DNA of 39,486 bases from positions 1-39,486 of the IMG/VR virus record IMGVR_UViG_3300032373_001149; one strand, given 5' to 3'. Within the stretch, counting starts at the first letter, position 1; every line of letters starts with the position of its first letter. Position numbers and translations under genes: made by a program. The stretch comes from a virus (taxonomy: Duplodnaviria > Caudoviricetes). The notes under the pieces are model-generated. The model saw only the letters and a list, made by a program, of their open reading frames with translations. It was not told where the DNA came from and made no database searches. Of this stretch, positions 9,381 through 16,560 are shown piece by piece.

Positions 9381-9722
9381 TCAATCTCCCGCTACCGCAT
9401 TGGTGACATCACCTAACAATTCAATCAGCTCGCTGGCTTGTTGCCTGTTGATCGTCCTGTTACTTTGAGCTGTGAGAATTACTTGGAATACAAGATCGCT
9501 TAGTGCGATATCTTTAGAAGGGTGACCTTCCCCCGTTAACAGCCAGGTGCCGCAGACGTTATGCGTACTGACTATGTTGGTTAAATCGTCATGCGTTGGT
9601 CGTTGTCTTTCGCGTTCAATGTCCAGTACTTTTTGGTGCTTGATATTGATTGATCTTGCGAATTCACTGGGCTTGTAGCCCAGTGATACTCGTACCATTT
9701 CGATGCGCCTACTAATTGACAT
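9381..9722 (-). CDS. XRE-family HTH protein, paralog of the repressor
   Basis: KPSEFARS...DIERERQRP...GTWLLTGEG; strong GGGAGG RBS. Confidence 0.85.
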   Translation of the reverse strand: MSISRRIEMVRVSLGYKPSEFARSINIKHQKVLDIERERQRPTHDDLTNIVSTHNVCGTWLLTGEGHPSKDIALSDLVFQVILTAQSNRTINRQQASELIELLGDVTNAVAGD

Positions 9723-9744
9723 GTTTAGCCTCCCTTTCTTATTG

Positions 9745-9975
9745 TTAATTGATTGCTCGAACGCCGCTGGCCTCTATTATTTTCGCTCGTAGTTCCCGGC
9801 CCTTTGGTCCATTCCATACACCCATAATGCATTGGCGCGCATTTTGTGGGTCTACGTTGTTTTCTTTGCACCAGCGGGTGAACGTCGTGCCATTGAGAAT
9901 AAACGCGGCCCGAATTCGGGTATGTAATTCCATGCTCGCAGGTGGAGTGTTTATTGCCGCTTTTTGTATGCTCAT
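9745..9975 (-). CDS. Ner/Cro-like DNA-binding protein
   Basis: RAAFILNGTTFTRWCKENNV..NARQCIMGVWNGPKG; first gene divergent from the repressor. Confidence 0.75.
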   Translation of the reverse strand: MSIQKAAINTPPASMELHTRIRAAFILNGTTFTRWCKENNVDPQNARQCIMGVWNGPKGRELRAKIIEASGVRAIN

Positions 9976-10087
9976 TTTCGTGTATAATTTACCTATAAGT
10001 AGTACATGGCTGTTATATCCATGTAATGTAAATATATTAGGATATAGCATCCATGTTGTCCAGCTTATATTTGGAAATTATTTAAAA
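9976..10087. promoter_or_regulatory. lysis/lysogeny switch: divergent promoter region with candidate operators
   Basis: AT-rich gap between divergent regulators; 17-bp inverted repeat 10004-10020/10040-10056 (2 mismatches); TATAAT at 9983-9988. Confidence 0.7.
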
Positions 10088-10528
10088 ATGTCTACGATTA
10101 ATGAACGAGTAGCGAAGTCACGGGAATTGCTAAAACTAAAACCCGCTGAATTCGCAAGAAAATTAGATAATCGCTTACAACGAATACAAGATGTGGAGCG
10201 AGATAAGCAACGAGCACCGGTGGAATTGCTTGCCTCGATCGTGGAGGTTTTCGACATTGACGGCACATGGTTATTAACTGGACGTGGATCACCGATTAGA
10301 GGAGAAGGTGATGTGAATTGTGTGCGCGAACCTTCGGCAGAATATACTTCGGAGGAGAAGTTCAAACGACTCCAGCATGTGCGTAGCGTAATTCCTAAAT
10401 TGGCAATCCTGCAAAATAGAAAATTATCGCCGTTCCAAATTCAAGCGGTGGCTGATATATCATATTTATTCGAGATAAATGACGAGCAAATTAAGCTATT
10501 ATTGACCTTGTTCGACTACTGCGAATAA
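10088..10528 (+). CDS. phage repressor, XRE-family HTH
   Basis: MSTINERVAKSRELLKLKPAEFARKL...WLLTGRG, VREPSAEY linker; no S24 peptidase domain seen. Confidence 0.85.
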   Translation: MSTINERVAKSRELLKLKPAEFARKLDNRLQRIQDVERDKQRAPVELLASIVEVFDIDGTWLLTGRGSPIRGEGDVNCVREPSAEYTSEEKFKRLQHVRSVIPKLAILQNRKLSPFQIQAVADISYLFEINDEQIKLLLTLFDYCE

Positions 10529-10542
10529 ATAGGGGGACGGTT

Positions 10543-10992
10543 ATGAAGTGGAAAATTCAATTTCTTGCATTGTTTTTTGTTTCACCTATTTGTGTTGCTG
10601 AAACTATTCAAAAAACCGACTCGCTGACAGCTTCGTATGTTTTTAGACTGGAAACGCTGATGCAGAAAGGTATTGATTTACACAAAAATTACGATCTGAT
10701 GGAACTAGAAGGAATCGGGTATTGCGTTGACGATAGGCATCACTTGCGTCGGATAGCGAAAAAAATAAAGGAAGAAACTGAAGATATGCCTCCTACAATC
10801 AAAAATTCAGGACTTGAACATCCCTCAGACAAAACGGATTTAATGCGTGCCTCACAAAAAGTATTTGAATGTGTCTACTGTAACGAGGATACTTTTACGA
10901 CGTGTTTTGAAGCGAAAAGAACATTGCAATTAATAAAAGACAGGCTTGCCAACCCACCAAAAGTCGATTCAAAACCACTATTTGATGAATAA
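10543..10992 (+). CDS. secreted/periplasmic hypothetical protein
   Basis: Signal peptide MKWKIQFLALFFVSPICVA; GGGG RBS; four cysteines in the mature part. Confidence 0.7.
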   Translation: MKWKIQFLALFFVSPICVAETIQKTDSLTASYVFRLETLMQKGIDLHKNYDLMELEGIGYCVDDRHHLRRIAKKIKEETEDMPPTIKNSGLEHPSDKTDLMRASQKVFECVYCNEDTFTTCFEAKRTLQLIKDRLANPPKVDSKPLFDE

Positions 10993-11161
10993 TAACGGCG
11001 CTGCAGCTATAATGGTTAAGAAAATCACCGGTAAGATCCTAAATATATAACAAGCAACTCGCAATTTTCGTATACTTGTTCATGATATAAATTATTAAAA
11101 TTGGCGGAATGTCGCACATGCCTAGCTTTAGACTTAAAAATAATAACGGGAGACAAGTCGA

Positions 11162-12187
11162 ATGCCAGAAAAATCCTTGAGCATGGAGATGGGTAATTTA
11201 GTTTGTAGATTCGGGGATGAAAAAGTACTTTTAGATTTAGCCGATGAAATTGTATTGCCCTGCTTTTTTGGAAAACGCCTCGTTCGAAGTTATGATAAAA
11301 CAAGTTACTTTTTTCATGATGTAAGCCAGGTAATGTTGCATGATGGTAAACATGAAAAGGTAATTGGAATAATCGGGAGATATATTAAGGATACAACATT
11401 TGAAAGAGAACAGATATTTGAACAAGAAAAAGGTTTAGTTAAAGACAGCGAATCAATGCGTTCTTCTCCTTCTGCGATATTTCTTCTTGTTTTAAACAAT
11501 CATCGTCTAATATATGTAAAAGAAACAAAAAATGCCCCTCCAAAGGAGTCATTTCGCGCTACTCTCTTATATTTTATTAAAAATAAGCATAAGGAATATA
11601 TCAATAACGAATACAATAGATTAAAACGCGCTCACCAAGAAAATCAAGAGGAACCTCAAATAACAAAAAAGGATTTATACGAAAGATGTCCTATCCCGAC
11701 AATGGATTTAATACCTCTTACATCTGAAGATAGCATAGAGCAATTTGTTAAAAAATATAGTATTTTGAAGGTTATTGAAATATCTTTGTCGGACAGAAAT
11801 GACGAAAATGACAATGATCCTTTTTTTGAAGCGTTACAGAAGCGAAAAGACGCTATAGGAAGCAATAATTCAATTGTAAAACACAGTAATTCGAAAGGCC
11901 TTGATAAAAATAACGCGATTAGTGAGATTGCTGAAGCTACAATGCAAGGCAATCAAAATGTTAAGCTGAGCGGCGTAGACGGCGATGGAGATACTTTGCG
12001 TGGCAATAATCAAGAATTTGAACTTAAAAAACCTTTGCATAAGCTCAGCTTAACACCTAAAAATGCTGCCAGTGAATTATATAATTCTTTTCTCGGCCTC
12101 GTAGAAGATGGAATTATAAAAATCCCTGAAACATCAGAAAAAGCTAAAACAATTATCAATGCGATTGCGAAGAGATGGTTCGAATGA
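11162..12187 (+). CDS. DUF4747-like soluble protein (accessory cassette gene 1)
   Basis: AT-rich 341-aa ORF; HRLIY, SIEQF..LKVIEI...N.E.D and GN..VKLSGVDGDG recall DUF4747 (recognised from memory, not searched). Confidence 0.6.
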   Translation: MPEKSLSMEMGNLVCRFGDEKVLLDLADEIVLPCFFGKRLVRSYDKTSYFFHDVSQVMLHDGKHEKVIGIIGRYIKDTTFEREQIFEQEKGLVKDSESMRSSPSAIFLLVLNNHRLIYVKETKNAPPKESFRATLLYFIKNKHKEYINNEYNRLKRAHQENQEEPQITKKDLYERCPIPTMDLIPLTSEDSIEQFVKKYSILKVIEISLSDRNDENDNDPFFEALQKRKDAIGSNNSIVKHSNSKGLDKNNAISEIAEATMQGNQNVKLSGVDGDGDTLRGNNQEFELKKPLHKLSLTPKNAASELYNSFLGLVEDGIIKIPETSEKAKTIINAIAKRWFE

Positions 12188-12801
12188 CCAATTCGGATTT
12201 TGATGCCAAAGACCTAATGAAGGAGAAGAGGTTATGGGACATATATCTTGCTTCGCGACGAATTCCCTTTAGCAGATTCAATACCATTACGACATTGATG
12301 GTATTTATAGTTCTCATTGTGAATTCTTGGTTAACGACACAGTCAATTAGCGATACAATTCTTGTGGTTAGGGAGTTTTCTGGCACGGGATTGGCCACTT
12401 CATTAAGCACCTTAGGTTTTTTGCTTGCCGGGTTCACAATATTTGCAACTATTTCACAGCCTAATTTATCTCTCAGAATGGCGGAAATTATTAATCCAGA
12501 AAGCGGTCTATCTTATTTAAAGCATAACTATTTTGTTTTTTATCGCGTATTTATCTACTATCTTGCGTTTTCAATCTTTTGTTTGTTTATTATAATGTTC
12601 GGCCACAAAGGCGGGTTAATATCGCTATTGGTTTTATATTCACCTTACTCAGATTGCGTAAAATACGCCGTAATAAAAATCGCATATGTCCTTCTGTTTA
12701 CAGGATATTATTTTCTAATAATGCAGCTAAAGTCGTTTATATTTAATATTTATCACGCAGTCATGACATCTTTGAGATGGAAGGCTGAAGGATACGAATA
12801 A
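12184..12801 (+). CDS. multi-pass membrane protein (accessory cassette gene 2)
   Basis: About four hydrophobic helices, LSTLGFLLAGFTIF motif; ATGA overlap with the upstream gene. Confidence 0.75.
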   Translation: MTNSDFDAKDLMKEKRLWDIYLASRRIPFSRFNTITTLMVFIVLIVNSWLTTQSISDTILVVREFSGTGLATSLSTLGFLLAGFTIFATISQPNLSLRMAEIINPESGLSYLKHNYFVFYRVFIYYLAFSIFCLFIIMFGHKGGLISLLVLYSPYSDCVKYAVIKIAYVLLFTGYYFLIMQLKSFIFNIYHAVMTSLRWKAEGYE

Positions 12802-12884
12802 ACAAACCTAACTAAAGAATTGTGTGAGACAACAAACTGCGCCGCTTAGCTTTGCGATTGCCAACCACATACAACGAAAATGCA

Positions 12885-12930
12885 TTTTTAAACCCCTTTA
12901 AAATACTTATCCCTCGTAGGTGGCTATCCT
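12885..12930 (+). promoter_or_regulatory. late promoter 1 (activator palindrome plus -10)
   Basis: TTTTTAAACCCCTTTAAAA then 21 nt then TATCCT; same geometry at 23994. Confidence 0.7.
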
Positions 12931-13030
12931 AGTCACATGCGCAATATAACACATCCCATTTTTCTATAGCGTGCTGCAACAAATACGCAGCTATTGTGCA
13001 TTTTACTCTTAACTCAACGTCGAGGTCATT

Positions 13031-13228
13031 ATGCCACAATTATTTAGCCAAACACTGGGTCAATTTGCGACCTCAAAAACCAACATTTTGGGTCTTGTCA
13101 TTATGTTATCAGGCATCATTGCATTGGCAACTGGTGCCAATGACTTAGAAACCGGAATGGCAGCCATTACGTTTGGCGGGTCATTGCTGACCGTGCGTGA
13201 TGCCATCGCAAAAGTAGAGCAAAAATGA
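13031..13228 (+). CDS. putative holin (two transmembrane segments)
   Basis: 65 aa, two hydrophobic segments, charged C-terminus, first late gene; GAGG RBS. Confidence 0.55.
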   Translation: MPQLFSQTLGQFATSKTNILGLVIMLSGIIALATGANDLETGMAAITFGGSLLTVRDAIAKVEQK

Positions 13229-13599
13229 TTAGCATGAAGCCGATCGCCATTATTTTTGCGTTACTGTTTTCGGGCCTGGCATCAGCGTATGACGTGGTAG
13301 TGACCTATTCATGGGATTCCAATCCTGCATCAAACCAGCTCACAAAATATGAATGCGAGGTGCAAATTAATATTGGCCCATACGCATCGTGTTCGGTGCC
13401 GATTATTCCACCCGCCAACGCGTTAACGGAAACAATCTCGGGGGTAAATTCCGGTGATATTATCACCGCGCATGTAAGAGCCTGTAATGTTGTCGGGTGT
13501 TCAGCTTTTTCGGAGCGCGTCAGTGGAACCGTACCGCCGAACTTAGTGCCCGCAGTGCCGGTGAATTTACAATTATTACCGATGGTGATTACCCCGTAA
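13225..13599 (+). CDS. secreted fibronectin type III-like protein
   Basis: Signal peptide ending ASA; VTYSWD...Y...VRACNVVGCSAFSE pattern of FnIII. Confidence 0.7.
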   Translation: MISMKPIAIIFALLFSGLASAYDVVVTYSWDSNPASNQLTKYECEVQINIGPYASCSVPIIPPANALTETISGVNSGDIITAHVRACNVVGCSAFSERVSGTVPPNLVPAVPVNLQLLPMVITP

Positions 13600-13604
13600 C
13601 AGTA

Positions 13605-13706
13605 CCCGTTATTAGCCGTGGTGGGCGTGCCTAAGGGTGGTGGCAACCCTCATATAGGTGGAATGCCTATTCTATTTCACGAACGGGGCGGGTAACGTTA
13701 GCCCGC
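13605..13706 (+). ncRNA. candidate structured RNA (multi-stem), family unassigned
   Basis: Nested and adjacent stems fill the whole intergenic gap; see findings. Confidence 0.35.
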
Positions 13707-13711
13707 ATTTG

Positions 13712-13744
13712 GTAGCTGGGGGTGCCACCGCCAGCTACGTTTTT
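13712..13744 (+). terminator. intrinsic terminator
   Basis: GTAGCTGG...CCAGCTAC stem followed by GTTTTT. Confidence 0.6.
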
Positions 13745-13770
13745 ATCCTCTTTATAGTCAGAGCAGTTCT

Positions 13771-14103
13771 GTGGAATCAATCAATTGGGCAGTGGTTAGT
13801 ATACTCATCGGGTTCGCCGCCGCGTGGTCAGCGGTAACATTATGGGCCGTTAAAGCATTGCAGTCGTCTGGCCGCGAGTACATGACGCAATTATTCAATG
13901 AGTTAAAAAAGAACATCGCTCACCAGGATCTGCAAGTGCAAAAGGTCGATCGCGACCTAATGAACCTGCGCGCCGAGTTGCCCAAACAGTATGTGATGCG
14001 TGAAGACTGGATCCGGTTTAACGGCGTGATCGATGCCAGGCTGGAAACTGTGAACGAAAAACTCAATCGACTATTAGAACGTGGAGTTAATCACCGTGAG
14101 TAA
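13771..14103 (+). CDS. membrane-anchored coiled-coil protein (Mu gp25/DUF2730-like position)
   Basis: N-terminal TM, LRAELPKQYVMREDW motif, upstream of gp26/terS. Confidence 0.7.
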   Translation: MESINWAVVSILIGFAAAWSAVTLWAVKALQSSGREYMTQLFNELKKNIAHQDLQVQKVDRDLMNLRAELPKQYVMREDWIRFNGVIDARLETVNEKLNRLLERGVNHRE

Positions 14104-14410
14104 TACATTAGACCTTGCCAGAAAGAAAATGGCACGATGGCGAATTCTTCGCATTTTATACACCTCGCGGCCACTGCCGGTGGGCGATGGACTGATCGCC
14201 GAAGTGATGTCAGACGTTGACCTGAATATGTCGCTCACGGAGATACGCAGCGCCATACAATATTTATCTGATCGCGGTTATGTGCAGTTCCAGTATGTCC
14301 GCAACTCCGACGGTGAGTACTGGGAGGCAAGCTTGTCCTCCAGTGGCGTGGATTTTGTTGAATTTAATGCACCCAACGATCACGGCGTATCACGGCCAGA
14401 GAGTAATTAA
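14096..14410 (+). CDS. Mu gp26-like winged-helix protein
   Basis: RWRILRIL...IRSAIQYLSDRGYV...A.L.SSGVDFVE...GVSRP; GTG start after GGAG. Confidence 0.8.
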   Translation: MSNTLDLARKKMARWRILRILYTSRPLPVGDGLIAEVMSDVDLNMSLTEIRSAIQYLSDRGYVQFQYVRNSDGEYWEASLSSSGVDFVEFNAPNDHGVSRPESN

Positions 14411-14412
14411 GC

Positions 14413-14970
14413 ATGCCGCGCCGTTCCACCTTATTGCAGTTGCCGCAGGATTTGCGCCGGGCGCTCAATGAAAAATTGGTCGCCAATGGATTCGCCAATT
14501 ATGATGTGCTAGAAGAATGGCTCAATGCTGAATGCGATAGTCGTGGGCTTGAAATTAATGTCAGTCGTAGCTCTATTCACCGACACGGACAGAAATTCGA
14601 ACAAAAGCTGGAAAAAATGCGCCTCGCTACCGAACAAGCAAAGGCCATTGCAGATGGCTCAGGTGACGATGAAGGCTCCATGAATGAAGCCCTTATCCGC
14701 CTCGTGCAAACCAAAATGTTCGATGCGTTGCTGGATCTCGAAGACGATAAACAATTAAGCAAATTCGGCCTGGCGATCTCGCGGTTAACGCGCGCGTCCG
14801 TTGCTTCAAAGAAATGGATGACGGAAGTACGCACCGAATTGGAGGCGCAGAAACAGGATGCGGCGCAAGCTGTTGAGAAACTAAGCGCCGAACGTGGTCT
14901 GCCGAACGATGTCGCCGATATGATTCGCGCCAAGATATTAGGGATTAGCGTTGATGCAGCTGGCGGATAA
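14413..14970 (+). CDS. terS: terminase small subunit (Mu gp27/DUF3486)
   Basis: MPRRSTLLQLP...VSRSSIHRHG...IRAKILG. Confidence 0.9.
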   Translation: MPRRSTLLQLPQDLRRALNEKLVANGFANYDVLEEWLNAECDSRGLEINVSRSSIHRHGQKFEQKLEKMRLATEQAKAIADGSGDDEGSMNEALIRLVQTKMFDALLDLEDDKQLSKFGLAISRLTRASVASKKWMTEVRTELEAQKQDAAQAVEKLSAERGLPNDVADMIRAKILGISVDAAGG

Positions 14971-16525
14971 GGAACGCTACCTTCAGGAAGTCGAAGACGC
15001 CCAGCGTGAGCGTCAATTGATTGCGCCTGATGACCGCACACCTGCAGTGTTATTACCGTATCAACAACGCTGGCAAGAAGATCATGCCCAGGTTCGGCTA
15101 TACGAAAAATCGCGGCGCATCGGTATCTCATGGTCGATGGCGTCCGAAGCAGTATTGGAATCGGCCGAATCAGGCGGCATGGATCAATTTTATATTGGTT
15201 ACAACGTCAAGATGGCTGCCGAATTTATCGGTGATTGCGCCCAATTTGCACGCGCCTTTGAATTTGCGGCATCCACTATCGATGTGAGTTTGCAGCATGC
15301 CGTGATAGACGATGAGCGTCGTGATATCGTGACCTATACCGTACGATTTCCAAACGGAAAAAAAATCGAGGCGCTGTCGTCCAATCCCCACAACTTTCGA
15401 TCACGACAGGGGCACGCACGTATTGACGAGGCCGCATTTCATCCCGACCTTGACGAACTGATAAAAGCCGCAATGGCGTTTTTGATGTGGGGCGGTCGCG
15501 TCTCAATTGTATCCACGCACAACGGCGAAGAAAACCGATTCAACACATTGATACGTGAAACACTATCAGGTAAATGGCCCTATTCGCATCACAAAGTCAC
15601 CCTTGATGATGCATTGCGTGACGGGTTATATAAACGCATTTGCTTGATAAAAGGCATTCAGTGGTCACCAGAAGGCGAACAACAGTTCCGCGACAACATT
15701 TACACCAATTACGGTGATGCGGCTGCCGAAGAATTGGATTGTATTCCGCGCAGTGGTAGCGGTTCATACATCCCGCGCATTGTGGTGGAAAAGTGTCAGG
15801 ATCACGCTGTACCTGTTTTACGCTATAACAAGCCCGACGAATTTGTGCTGGATGCAAAACGCTTGGATATAACACAACAATGGATTAATGAGCAGTTAAA
15901 GCCTATCGTCGATAACTTTGACACAACCCGCCGCCACGTCGCTGGTCAGGATTTCGGTCGAAATGGTGACCTATCGGATATCGTGGTCAACGAAGAACTC
16001 ACGTCATCCCAGTGGCGTAATGCCGTGGTGGTGGAATTGCGCAATATTCCGTTCGATTGTCAGCAACTAATCATGGCCTTTATTTTGTCGGAATTACCGC
16101 ACTTTCATCATTGCAAATTCGATGCGCGCGGCAATGGCCAATCGCATGCTGAGCACTTTATGCAGAAATACGGGCCGACGCGCATTGAGTGTGTAATGGC
16201 CACGGCGCAATGGTATGCGGTGGCGTTTCCCAAATATAAAAGTGCGCTGGAGGATCGTTCATTAACCCTGTGTGGCGGCGAAGATATCCTCACCGATCAC
16301 CGGCGCATCGTCATGGAAAAGGGTCGTCCACGCATGGATGATGGTCGTGACAAAGGATCGGACGGCCAACAACGACACGGCGATTTAGCCATCGCCGAAC
16401 TCATGGCCTGGATGGCGGCAATCGAGGAAGGCGTACCACCGGCCGGTGTAACGGTTGAATCAGATAACCGGGAGCAGTATTTACCAACACGCCTGCGGCA
16501 GCGCGCCAGTATGCGATTTGCTTAA
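14954..16525 (+). CDS. terL: terminase large subunit (Mu gp28-like)
   Basis: LLPYQQRW, EKSRRIGISW, IDEAAFH, IVSTHNG, GQDFGRNGD, RHGD. Confidence 0.95.
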   Translation: MQLADKERYLQEVEDAQRERQLIAPDDRTPAVLLPYQQRWQEDHAQVRLYEKSRRIGISWSMASEAVLESAESGGMDQFYIGYNVKMAAEFIGDCAQFARAFEFAASTIDVSLQHAVIDDERRDIVTYTVRFPNGKKIEALSSNPHNFRSRQGHARIDEAAFHPDLDELIKAAMAFLMWGGRVSIVSTHNGEENRFNTLIRETLSGKWPYSHHKVTLDDALRDGLYKRICLIKGIQWSPEGEQQFRDNIYTNYGDAAAEELDCIPRSGSGSYIPRIVVEKCQDHAVPVLRYNKPDEFVLDAKRLDITQQWINEQLKPIVDNFDTTRRHVAGQDFGRNGDLSDIVVNEELTSSQWRNAVVVELRNIPFDCQQLIMAFILSELPHFHHCKFDARGNGQSHAEHFMQKYGPTRIECVMATAQWYAVAFPKYKSALEDRSLTLCGGEDILTDHRRIVMEKGRPRMDDGRDKGSDGQQRHGDLAIAELMAWMAAIEEGVPPAGVTVESDNREQYLPTRLRQRASMRFA

Positions 16526-16560
16526 TACGCCATGACCATTTATACGGTAGAAAAAACGCG

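Noticed and set aside
9749-10087. 113-aa N-terminal extension of the repressor in the ORF track
   Set aside because: Overlaps the opposite-strand Ner-like gene and the switch region; the HTH begins at ATG 10088
13605-13706. Assignment of the structured region to hammerhead, twister, pistol or SAM riboswitch
   Set aside because: Conserved core sequences were not found; left unassigned
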